From Parachlamydiaceae bacterium (GTDB lineage Bacteria; Chlamydiota; Chlamydiia; Chlamydiales; Parachlamydiaceae): a stretch of 24,364 bases of DNA. Shown in pieces: positions 8,992-17,713 of this stretch. The first letter of the stretch is position 1. The number at the start of each line of letters is the position of its first letter. The DNA is taken from contig JAUXSJ010000304.1 in the NCBI GenBank assembly GCA_030679615.1, positions 1 to 24,364 on the forward strand, given 5' to 3'. The position numbers were made by a program, and so were the translations under genes. Below the pieces are notes generated by a model. The model had not been told where the DNA came from and made no database searches. It saw only the letters and a list, made by a program, of their open reading frames with translations.

Positions 8992-10212
8992 ATGTGTGCA
9001 AAAATAAAACAAGAAGCTCAAAATCCCTTAATTTTACGTTGTCATCGATTAATGGAAGCCTTTGCTAAATCTGATGATGAGAGAGATTTTTATATTGATA
9101 GACAAGAGGGATTTCTTGTTTATGTTGATTTAGATAAACCTCAGGAAGAATTAGACACATTATATCTGGAACTTGAACAAAATGCCGACCGCTATTGTGG
9201 AATTCCAAAACTGTCTTTTTATGAAACAAAAAAAATCATGGAAGGATTTGTTAATGAGAAAGTTTATGACATTGATACAAAAGAAAAATTACTCGATATC
9301 ATTCAGTCTAAAGAAGCGAGAGAAAATTTTTTAGAATTTATCTATGATCATCATTCCGAACAGGAAAAATGGCAACAGTTTTATCAAGAGCGTTCAAGAA
9401 TTCGCATTATTGAATGGCTTAGACAAAACCATTTTCATTTTGTTTTTGAAGAAGATCTAGATCTTCCAAAACAACTGATTGAGAAATTAAAACAATCCCT
9501 TTTTCAGCCCAAAGTGGGAAAAGACATTCAAAATGCTCGTAAGTCACTTGCAATGAAAGCAAAAACTTATTACTCAAACGAAGCTTTAAATCCTCGTCCA
9601 AAACGTGGACGACCACCTAAACAAGCTGTAAAACAGGAATTTGAACCACAAGTAACAGTTGATATTTACACGACTGTCACTCCATCTGTTCGACCATTTC
9701 TCTTTTCTCCAGATCTCAATGTTTCATCTCCATTTTCTATCTTCTCTTCAAAATTTGATTCTGAAGAAGAAGTTGTATCTAATCGCCGTCAACTTGATCC
9801 CGAAGGAGATGGTCCCTTACAACAAAAATTAGCTGCAATCCGCTCTTTCTCTTCAAAATGGACAGAAAGTACATCGAAAGTTGAAAATAATCCTTATGCA
9901 ATCGATACGAATTTTGATGATGATGACGATGATGACGATGATGATGATGATGCCTTTTCTGGATCAAAAAAATCTCAAAAGAAAAGCGCTCCTTCTAAAT
10001 CGAAACCAGCGCCTACCAGCGCTAAAGCTAAAGTCACTGCAACCAAAGTTAAGAAACCATCTTCTGCAACAACAAAAAGTGCATTAAAAAAGCCAGCTCC
10101 AGCCGCAAAGAAGAGTGCAAAGGTTGAAAAACCAAAAGTGAAAAGAATTATGCCTAAGGTTCCTCCAGTTAAAGGAACAGATGTTAAGCCAAAAAAATTG
10201 ATAAAAAAATAG
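8992..10212 (+). CDS. UPF0158 / CT429-like protein with AT-hook, poly-Asp tract and Lys/Ala-rich tail
   Basis: N-terminal LMEAFAKSDDERDFYIDRQEG and position after dapF match chlamydial CT429; PRPKRGRPPK at 9592-9621; 12 Asp codons at 9916-9951. Confidence 0.85.
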   Translation: MCAKIKQEAQNPLILRCHRLMEAFAKSDDERDFYIDRQEGFLVYVDLDKPQEELDTLYLELEQNADRYCGIPKLSFYETKKIMEGFVNEKVYDIDTKEKLLDIIQSKEARENFLEFIYDHHSEQEKWQQFYQERSRIRIIEWLRQNHFHFVFEEDLDLPKQLIEKLKQSLFQPKVGKDIQNARKSLAMKAKTYYSNEALNPRPKRGRPPKQAVKQEFEPQVTVDIYTTVTPSVRPFLFSPDLNVSSPFSIFSSKFDSEEEVVSNRRQLDPEGDGPLQQKLAAIRSFSSKWTESTSKVENNPYAIDTNFDDDDDDDDDDDDAFSGSKKSQKKSAPSKSKPAPTSAKAKVTATKVKKPSSATTKSALKKPAPAAKKSAKVEKPKVKRIMPKVPPVKGTDVKPKKLIKK

Positions 10213-10232
10213 ACGAAAACGGAGGTGTTAAA

Positions 10233-10880
10233 ATGAATCAATCTTCTTTCACCTCTTCCTTCATGATTTATATTCTTTTTTTGTGTTTAAATTTTCAGCT
10301 GAACATTGTTTGCGCTGAGAAAATTGATAATAAAGTTTATGATATCGCTGTCTTTGGGAGCCCAACAAGTGGTCCATTAATTGAAGGTGCCATAGGTGCA
10401 ATTCAAAAAGGATATCGACATCGTTTCTATTGTCATTCATCTGGACCGAATCCAGGCTTTATTGGAGCTCAAACTAGTACCAAACTTTCTTCAATTAAAG
10501 AGCAACCTGGGGTCTTCCCAGCACCTCTAATGGGTTCTGATTCATTACAATTTACTTTTGCATTAACAGCGTCACACGATCCTGTTATTCCAGTGATTGT
10601 AAAACCGGACGGAACCATCCTAAAAGGTTATCCGATGACTTATGAACATGCTCCTCAAGTTCTGTCTATTCCCTATCCAGCCCAAACTGGTATTTACAAT
10701 TTTTTCGTTCTTAATCAAAATATCAACTTCGAAAAAAATTCTTCTCCTTCAGAAAATCCTTGGATCAATGTCAACGTGATTACAAATCATCAATCAAGAA
10801 AAAGTCAAAATTTTTCCATTAAAACCTTTAATGCACAGGTCGAATCTCCAGAATTTATTTGTGCCGAATATATTTATTAA
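10233..10880 (+). CDS. Hypothetical exported protein
   Basis: 215 aa, strong GGAGG ribosome-binding site, hydrophobic N-terminal segment ending VCA (signal-peptide-like). Confidence 0.75.
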   Translation: MNQSSFTSSFMIYILFLCLNFQLNIVCAEKIDNKVYDIAVFGSPTSGPLIEGAIGAIQKGYRHRFYCHSSGPNPGFIGAQTSTKLSSIKEQPGVFPAPLMGSDSLQFTFALTASHDPVIPVIVKPDGTILKGYPMTYEHAPQVLSIPYPAQTGIYNFFVLNQNINFEKNSSPSENPWINVNVITNHQSRKSQNFSIKTFNAQVESPEFICAEYIY

Positions 10881-10924
10881 AAGACTAAAGAGACATTAGG
10901 GACTATAGGGACTTAAGGGACATC
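10880..10924 (+). repeat. Five 9-nt tandem units (ARRGAC-NNN), solo arm of family D
   Basis: aaagactaa/agagacatt/agggactat/agggactta/agggacatc, beginning on the last base of the stop codon; similar units at 21089-21115. Confidence 0.75.
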
Positions 10925-10928
10925 AGAA

Positions 10929-11281
10929 GCAACATCTCTACTTAAGCAACAATGGAGTAAAAATCAACCACAGGGATCAAAAAATCGACTTTAGGTTTTT
11001 TACTCAATCGCCATGTCTTCATGATACCTTTTGGAGTGCGAAGGCCCTGCCTTCGCTTTTTTCAAGAGAGAATAATTATGATGCAATGTCATTATCCGGC
11101 TTAATCAATTCAATTTATAAAAGTGCATATGTGGATATCCGAATCATAAAAAAGCGAAGGCAGGGCCTTCGCACTCCAAAAGGTATCATGAAGTCATGGC
11201 GATTGAATAAAAAAGCCTAAAGTCGACTCTGATCTTAGTAGTTAATTTTTACGCCATTGTTACTTAAGTTGATGATGTTGC
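10929..11281. repeat. 353-bp REPIN-like inverted doublet of GGAG-tagged REP units
   Basis: Inner arms 11004-11062 and 11148-11206 (59 bp, 1 mismatch), each containing gcgaagg-ccctg-ccttcgc. Imperfect outer arms extend to 10929 and 11281; 85-nt spacer. Confidence 0.9.
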
Positions 11282-11282
11282 A

Positions 11283-11915
11283 TTAATACATCATTTCCCT
11301 AAAATCATTGCAAATTTCTTTACCAAACAAGAAAAGCAACCCTAAATAAGATAAATAAATTGCATTCTTTAGCATTGCTTCCTTTTGTGGATGCAAAATT
11401 TTTGCACAGCATAGAGCGTTATTAATGCCGTGAATTAAATAACTTTCAGACATACTTCGACGATTTTCGCTTACATATCCATACACAACACCGGTTAGGC
11501 AAATCCATGCAACATTTTTCATTTGATGAAATGTCAATGGCTGATAAATAAAATGAGAAAGCCCAAATAAAAGTGCAGATACAATAATTCGAAATATTTT
11601 TTGTATTCTTAAATTAATTACATTAGTTTTCTTATTTCGATTTCTTCTTCTTTGAATTAAAAAAATTCCCCCTTGAACACAAATTCTAAAAAAAAATTCT
11701 TCATAAAGAGGCTTTCTAACAACATGTTTTATAATCTGATTTTTTGATAATGGCACTTGATTTAAAATTTGCTGAAATCTCGTAAATATGGAATTAGAAC
11801 CTAGTTGCTTTCTTTTTTCTACAATCAAATAATTGTTTTGCAAGAAATTCAAACACTGGTAAACCATTCCGATTTTTGAAATTTCGAACACAACTGAAAA
11901 AAAAGATACATGCAT
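11283..11915 (-). CDS. CPBP family intramembrane metalloprotease (CAAX protease / Abi-like)
   Basis: PLYEEFFFR (EExxxR), SALLFGLSH (FxxxH), IHGINN (HxxxN) motifs with hydrophobic helices; start codon uncertain. Confidence 0.85.
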   Translation of the reverse strand: MHVSFFSVVFEISKIGMVYQCLNFLQNNYLIVEKRKQLGSNSIFTRFQQILNQVPLSKNQIIKHVVRKPLYEEFFFRICVQGGIFLIQRRRNRNKKTNVINLRIQKIFRIIVSALLFGLSHFIYQPLTFHQMKNVAWICLTGVVYGYVSENRRSMSESYLIHGINNALCCAKILHPQKEAMLKNAIYLSYLGLLFLFGKEICNDFREMMY

Positions 11916-12099
11916 AATACACTTCCAAAAAAATTAAAATGGAGTCTATCAATAAATCCATTTTAAATAAGAAAATTATTTCAATAAAAAACAGTTTAAA
12001 ACAAAAATATAAAGATTAAAAAAATTATATGAAATTATTAATTGGCACAATAATTGCATTACTACTGTAAACTTAAGAATCAAAAAAAATAAGGTGGTT

Positions 12100-13521
12100 A
12101 TGAGTAATGTAGAAAAAATCTTTTTAAATTTTAATGATTATCCCGAATATAGTTCAAATATTGATAGAATAAAAAATGAAAATAAAATTGATTCATTAAT
12201 TAAAAATATTCAATTTGAATTAAATAAATGTAAAATCAATAAATCTTATACAAAAGTCAGAAATACAATAGAGGGAAAAAACTTTGAAATTATCGCTAAA
12301 ATTGGTGATCAAGAGCAATTGATCTTAGCTGGCAATTGGAAAAATTTTCATCATAGTCTAATCGATGAAGTGGCTTTAAAATTTTTTTATAACATAAGTC
12401 TTGACATATCCATTACACCAGAAGCTTTTGATTTTATTCGTCGAATTCCAATCCATGAATGGAAAGAAATTGCTCAACTTATTAAAAAAAGCCCTCCCTT
12501 ACTGGAAGAGCAAATTCAAGCATTTAAAATAGGGCAATATGATCATCCAGTTTTTCAAGAAAAAGAATGGCCAGCTCTTGCCTTAAAAGCTTATTTCGAA
12601 CAAAAAATTGATCGCAATCAAATCACTACACTTCTTCTTTATGATGGAATAAAACAACTTGAGCCTGCTAAATTAAAGAATAATAGAGAAATCCCTGTAA
12701 AACTTGAAGTTTGTTACTTATTCGATAAAAACAATATAATTGACTCAAAAGTATTTATTAATTTATTAAACAATTTAGATTTTTATATTGTTAATTTAGA
12801 GTTTTCAGCACAAGAACAGAAAGAATTAATAACAGCTCTTTCATCTAAAAATCAATTTGAAAATCCACATTTCTTTATATATAGTAAATTTCCTGCGAGT
12901 CCTCAAATATTATTACCTCCTAATCTCATTAATATTCTTTTAAAAATAAAATCAAAACACGCAATTAGATTTAATCCTGTCCTTGGACATTCTTTACGTG
13001 ATGATTTTACACATAAAACTTATCGTGATGCACTAGTCTTTTGTCGTTATATAAAAACACCTGATACCCTTCATGGAACTAAAGACGTTAACCCTTTGTT
13101 TTTTTATAGTCATGATCTTATTCATGTTATCTTCGAGTCCTTTAATATTCATAGATCTTTTTGGCTTGAATTAGCTGCTAAACTTGAATTACATCATTTA
13201 ACTGTAGCTTTAAATACGATTTTAGATCGTAATTTTAATCCTGATACCTCTATAAAAGATAATATAAAAAATTTGCTCGTTCAAATAGAAAACGAATTAG
13301 AAACATTAATTAAAGAAGGGCTTCTTAAAAAAGACGCTGAATTATTAGAAACTGAAAAGGATTGGGAAAAATTAGTGGATATTATGACAGATTTTATGAT
13401 CGACTCTGAACATAAAGACGATTTTTTAGAAGCTATTTTTGAATTAAATTCTCTTAGACGGACACAAGATAGGATCTTAGAAAGATTAAAATCAAAAAAA
13501 AATCTACCTTCTAAATTGTAA
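12100..13521 (+). CDS. Hypothetical protein (orphan, possible secreted effector)
   Basis: ~474-aa open frame, very AT-rich; H-x12-HDxxH at 13072-13125. ATG 12100 preferred over GTG 12094. Confidence 0.8.
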   Translation: MSNVEKIFLNFNDYPEYSSNIDRIKNENKIDSLIKNIQFELNKCKINKSYTKVRNTIEGKNFEIIAKIGDQEQLILAGNWKNFHHSLIDEVALKFFYNISLDISITPEAFDFIRRIPIHEWKEIAQLIKKSPPLLEEQIQAFKIGQYDHPVFQEKEWPALALKAYFEQKIDRNQITTLLLYDGIKQLEPAKLKNNREIPVKLEVCYLFDKNNIIDSKVFINLLNNLDFYIVNLEFSAQEQKELITALSSKNQFENPHFFIYSKFPASPQILLPPNLINILLKIKSKHAIRFNPVLGHSLRDDFTHKTYRDALVFCRYIKTPDTLHGTKDVNPLFFYSHDLIHVIFESFNIHRSFWLELAAKLELHHLTVALNTILDRNFNPDTSIKDNIKNLLVQIENELETLIKEGLLKKDAELLETEKDWEKLVDIMTDFMIDSEHKDDFLEAIFELNSLRRTQDRILERLKSKKNLPSKL

Positions 13522-13582
13522 TCCTTTTTGATCTTCTCATTTGATGACAAATCTGTTAATACTTATAAAAATGGAGTATGAT

Positions 13583-14743
13583 ATGTCATCACCGGCATCT
13601 TCTCAAAAAAATAATGATTTTTTTATCCTCTGCAAAAAAGTTGCTGAAGATAAGGAAAAAAAACTATTATTCTCCAAGGCATCTTTTTCAAAAGATCATT
13701 CTTCCATATTAATAAATCATCAAGATCATCGCTTGCCGTATAAGCGTGATGTGGATAGTATTTTACATTCTAATGCTTACTCCCGCTATGTTGATAAAAC
13801 TCAAGTTGTTTACCTCGTCGATAATGACCATATTTCTCATCGTAGTCTCCATGTACAACTTGTCAGCAGCTTTGCAAGAGGAATAGGCGAAATCCTTGGC
13901 CTAAACCTTGATTTAATCGAAGCCATTGCACTTGGACATGATGTAGGTCATCCTCCATTTGGCCACGAAGGTGAGGGATACTTATCTGCACTATCTCTTG
14001 AATATGGAAATGGTCCTTTCACTCATTCTCATCAATCTTGCCAACTTCTTTCTGAAATAGAACCTCTTAATTTAGGGTTGGCTGTCTACGATGGATTTCT
14101 TTGTCACGATGGAGGAATGTCTGAACATGTGATTTATCCAAAATTTGATAAATCGTGGGATGATCATTTAAAAGATAAAGTGATAAAAAAAAATAACCCT
14201 GAAACTTCGTTAATGCCTTGCACTCTTGAGGGATCATTAGTTAAACTTTGTGATACCTTAAGTTATATAGGCAGAGATATCGAAGATGCAATCCATTTAA
14301 AAATCATTAGTCGAGATGAAATTCCTATAACATGCTTAGGCACAAATAATCATGAGATGCTCAGTCAATTGGCAAGTGATATCATTAAGAATAGTTTGCA
14401 AAAAGAGTATATCGCTCTTTCCAAAGAAAGTTTTGAGGCATTAAAAATTTTACGGGCATTTAATTTTCAACACATTTATTCTCATCCTAAATTAAAAGTA
14501 GAATCCACTAAAATTAAAGAAAGCTATCGTATTCTTTTTGAATGGTTGCTGGAAAATTTCAAAAAAGAGCAACAAGAAAGCTATTTATGGAACCATTTTA
14601 TCAAAAAAAGAGACGAGAATTACATTCAACAGACACCTCCGGTTCAAATGGTCATTGACTATATTGCTGGAATGACAGACCATTTTTTTGTGAGAACTGT
14701 CGAAAAAATCTTTATTCCTTCTAAAATTAAATTATTTGAATAA
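13583..14743 (+). CDS. dgt: HD-domain deoxyguanosinetriphosphate triphosphohydrolase (dGTPase-like)
   Basis: RDVDSILHS...DKTQV, IEAIALGHDVGHPPFGHEGE, DTLSYIGRDIEDA, DYIAGMTD. ATG 13583 has GGAG 6 nt upstream. Confidence 0.88.
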   Translation: MSSPASSQKNNDFFILCKKVAEDKEKKLLFSKASFSKDHSSILINHQDHRLPYKRDVDSILHSNAYSRYVDKTQVVYLVDNDHISHRSLHVQLVSSFARGIGEILGLNLDLIEAIALGHDVGHPPFGHEGEGYLSALSLEYGNGPFTHSHQSCQLLSEIEPLNLGLAVYDGFLCHDGGMSEHVIYPKFDKSWDDHLKDKVIKKNNPETSLMPCTLEGSLVKLCDTLSYIGRDIEDAIHLKIISRDEIPITCLGTNNHEMLSQLASDIIKNSLQKEYIALSKESFEALKILRAFNFQHIYSHPKLKVESTKIKESYRILFEWLLENFKKEQQESYLWNHFIKKRDENYIQQTPPVQMVIDYIAGMTDHFFVRTVEKIFIPSKIKLFE

Positions 14744-14747
14744 TCTT

Positions 14748-15434
14748 ATGCGATGCATTTTCATTGAAACCTCTACTGAGCGCGGAGTCGTTGGTTTAAT
14801 TCAAGATCAAACGATTGTCTATTCAAAATACCTCCCCTTTGGAATGACTCAATCTCAACAATTGATACCTTTTCTTCATGAACTCATTCAATCACTTGAC
14901 TTATCAAACCAACCCATCGATGTCATTGGACTTGGAATTGGACCAGGATCTTATACAGGTATTAGAGTTGGAGTTGCTGCTGGTCAATCATTAGCTTATG
15001 CATGGAACCTTCCCATGATTGGAGTTTCCAGTTTATATGGATTTATACCATCTCAACCAAATGTAAAGTTTGCAGCTTTAATAGATGCGAGGATTGGGGG
15101 AGTATATGTAATAAAAGGAACAAGTCATTCCAATCATCAAATAAGTTACCAATCAACCCCAGAGCTTTTTAGTTTAGAAAAAGTAGGGGAAGTTCTTAAA
15201 GAAACAACCCATTTTGTAACGCCAAATTCCAAATCGTTAAAATCAAAATTTAATCTTCACTATCCTGAGAATAATTGGGTATGGGAAGAACAAAATCCTT
15301 CACTCATTTCCTTGAATTCTGTTTTATCAAATGCATGGAATAATAATGAGCAAATTAGACCTCCTACACATTTAAAACTGCTTTATTTAAGAGAAACAGA
15401 AGCGGAACGTTCATTAAAAAAATTATCTTCCTAA
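14748..15434 (+). CDS. tsaB: tRNA threonylcarbamoyladenosine biosynthesis protein TsaB (YeaZ)
   Basis: IFIETST, GIGPGSYTGIRVGVAAGQSLA, LIDARIGGVY; upstream of rpsU-dnaJ as in chlamydiae. First ATG at 14748. Confidence 0.92.
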   Translation: MRCIFIETSTERGVVGLIQDQTIVYSKYLPFGMTQSQQLIPFLHELIQSLDLSNQPIDVIGLGIGPGSYTGIRVGVAAGQSLAYAWNLPMIGVSSLYGFIPSQPNVKFAALIDARIGGVYVIKGTSHSNHQISYQSTPELFSLEKVGEVLKETTHFVTPNSKSLKSKFNLHYPENNWVWEEQNPSLISLNSVLSNAWNNNEQIRPPTHLKLLYLRETEAERSLKKLSS

Positions 15435-15475
15435 TTATTTCTATTGAAAAAAATTTATCCTCTTAATTCTTTCTA

Positions 15476-15504
15476 TTGAAAAGAAGTATTCCCTCATGTA
15501 AACT
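15476..15504 (+). promoter_or_regulatory. Putative sigma66/sigma70 promoter for rpsU
   Basis: TTGAAA-N17-TAAACT, about 90 nt upstream of the rpsU start; pattern match only. Confidence 0.45.
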
Positions 15505-15595
15505 TGATTTATCTGTATTAAAGAAAATGGGTCTAACTCTTTTAATGTAAGAAAAGATCAGATCTTAACATTTAAGAACATCAGGATTAAATGAC

Positions 15596-15775
15596 ATGTC
15601 ACTTGTAAAAGTTCGTATTGGTGATTCAATTGATAAAGCTCTTCGTGCTTTAAAAAAACGTTTGGATAAAGAAGGTGTAATGAAGTCAGTAAAAGCGCAT
15701 CGTTTTTATTGCAAACCCTCTATAAAAAAACGAGCAAAGTCAAAAGCTGCTTTAAAATACAAAAAACAGCGCTAG
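15596..15775 (+). CDS. rpsU: 30S ribosomal protein S21 (not in ORF track)
   Basis: Manual translation [59 protein letters not shown] (59 aa) has the bS21 pattern. Confidence 0.95.
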   Translation: MSLVKVRIGDSIDKALRALKKRLDKEGVMKSVKAHRFYCKPSIKKRAKSKAALKYKKQR

Positions 15776-15874
15776 AATATTGTTGTTCATCTGACTACAC
15801 ATCCATATTTTGGATAACGCAAAAAGAAATGATTTAAGTTACTGATTGTTAATCCAATTATCTATTTTTTCTTC

Positions 15875-15949
15875 AGCTTGTTTTCTTTTTTTTGGCTTCT
15901 GGATGATGAAAAAATTCATCTGAGAACAAAAAATAAAAGAAACCAAGCT
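15875..15949. terminator. Imperfect long hairpin between rpsU and dnaJ (terminator or regulatory structure)
   Basis: agcttgttttctttt...ggatga pairs imperfectly with tcatctgagaac...aaccaagct. Confidence 0.4.
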
Positions 15950-16052
15950 TTAGAAAAATTGGATTTTTTAGTTAATTATCAAAATTAAATTAGCTTTTAG
16001 ATCAAATTTTTTTTGAAATCATTTAAATCTTTAATAAAAAATGTAAGTTTCT

Positions 16053-17210
16053 ATGACTGATTATTACGAAATTTTAGAAGTTCCTCGAAATGCAACAGCC
16101 GAAGAAATTAAAAAAGGCTATCGCAAAAAAGCTCTTCAGTTTCATCCTGATAAAAATCCAGGGGATGCAAAAGCTGAAAAACGTTTTAAAGAAGTTTCAG
16201 AAGCGTATGAAGTCTTAAGTGATGAGAAAAAAAGACAAATTTACGATCGCTACGGAAAAGAAGCCTTACAAGGTGGAGCCGGTGGAGGTCCTGGAATGCA
16301 AGGATTTTCTTCAATGGACGAAGCTCTTCGTACATTTATGGGTGCTTTCGGCATGGGCGGCGGCGGTGGTGAAACAATTTTTGATTTCTTTGGAGGCGGA
16401 GACTTTCGCGGTCAAGAAAGTAGTCGAGGTGCTCGACAAGGCGCAAGCAAACGGGTCAATATCACGATATCCTTTGAAGAAGCAGCGAGAGGTACAGACA
16501 AAGAACTTGCCGTTAGTAACTATGTTGCTTGTTCGACTTGTAATGGAAAAGGTTCTAGCAACCCGAAATCAGTAAAAACTTGTTCACAATGTAATGGAAG
16601 AGGTCAAGTCTTTGAACAAAGAGGCTTCTTTAACATGACAACAGGATGCCCAACCTGTCATGGTGAAGGAAAAGTTATTACGGATCCTTGCAAAAATTGC
16701 CGTGGTCAAGGTGTTGTTAAGGAAAAGCAACATGTTAAAGTGCATATTCCTGCTGGTGTAGATAGCGGAATGCGTCTTAAAATGAATGGACATGGAGATG
16801 CTGGACAGAATGGCGGTCCTGCTGGGGATTTGTATGTCTTCATCACAGTAGAATCGCATGAATTATTTGAAAGAGAAGGCAATGATATTCTCTTAGATGT
16901 ACCTGTTAGCTTTACTGAAGCTGCTTTAGGAACTAAAAAAGAGGTCCCTTCTTTATTTAATCATACCTGCCGGATTACTATCCCAGAAGGAACTCAAAAT
17001 GGAAAAATATTTAGAGTGACTGGAGAAGGTTTTCCAAATGTTCATGGTCATGGTCGAGGTGATTTGTTAATTAGCATTTTTGTTGAAACCCCAACAGGTC
17101 TAAATGAAAGTCAAAAAGAATTATTACGTCAATTTGGTGAAACCGAAGGAATTAATAATTTACCTAAACGCAAAGGCTTTTTAGATAAAATTAAAGAATT
17201 CTTTAATTAA
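16053..17210 (+). CDS. dnaJ: Chaperone DnaJ
   Basis: J-domain with HPD, G/F-rich linker, four CxxCxGxG repeats, C-terminal domain. Confidence 0.98.
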   Translation: MTDYYEILEVPRNATAEEIKKGYRKKALQFHPDKNPGDAKAEKRFKEVSEAYEVLSDEKKRQIYDRYGKEALQGGAGGGPGMQGFSSMDEALRTFMGAFGMGGGGGETIFDFFGGGDFRGQESSRGARQGASKRVNITISFEEAARGTDKELAVSNYVACSTCNGKGSSNPKSVKTCSQCNGRGQVFEQRGFFNMTTGCPTCHGEGKVITDPCKNCRGQGVVKEKQHVKVHIPAGVDSGMRLKMNGHGDAGQNGGPAGDLYVFITVESHELFEREGNDILLDVPVSFTEAALGTKKEVPSLFNHTCRITIPEGTQNGKIFRVTGEGFPNVHGHGRGDLLISIFVETPTGLNESQKELLRQFGETEGINNLPKRKGFLDKIKEFFN

Positions 17211-17309
17211 TGCAACGCTTTATATGAATGATGTTAATAAATAAGTTTATGTTAACTAATTACTAAATTACTTAATATTAGATTTCTTTCAAAACTTAAA
17301 GGGGATTAA

Positions 17310-17448
17310 ATACAAAGACACGAAGACTCTAAGGCACGAAGAAGTTTAAAGGATGGGCTTTATGATTCGAACACCATCTTTTACGTAAGGGACTCCAAAA
17401 TAATCTTGTCTTTGCTCTTTGTGTCTTCGTACCTTTGTGTCTTTATGT
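17310..17448. repeat. Degenerate family B palindrome
   Basis: acaaagacacgaagac...gcacgaag (17312-17341) faces ctttgtgtcttcgtacctttgtgtctt (17417-17443); same ACACRAAG units as 1107-1277. Confidence 0.7.
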
Positions 17449-17545
17449 TGCATTTTTCTACACTCATTGACTCAACTCCAAATTGTGAATTCTAAGATGA
17501 AATCGCAAACCAAACCTTTTCTTCGATTCCTATATCGATCACTTA

Positions 17546-17713
17546 TATAGTCAATTAAATTACATTTGATAATTTTTGACCGCGTCAAAGCCTCGAGATT
17601 AAAAAATTTTTTCATGTGCAATATTAATTTAATATTGTACATGAAAAAATTTATTCAATCGCGAGGCTTTCACGCTGGTCAAAATTTTATCAACTGTGGT
17701 TTAATCGACTATA
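17546..17713. mobile_element. 168-bp palindromic MITE-like element, family E copy 1
   Basis: Full-length imperfect palindrome with TATA at both ends; second copy 1115 bp downstream. Confidence 0.8.

Noticed and set aside
9419-10241. Short alternative-frame ORFs including the poly-His ORF 9779..9967 and poly-Met ORF 9881..10087
   Set aside because: Shadows of the GAT/GAC poly-Asp tract and Lys-rich tail of the real gene.
15554-15566. Perfect short palindrome aagatc-a-gatctt upstream of rpsU
   Set aside because: 6-bp arms are expected by chance in AT-rich DNA; no second copy.
15780-16052. HrcA CIRCE operator upstream of dnaJ
   Set aside because: No TTAGCACTC-N9-GAGTGCTAA match seen.
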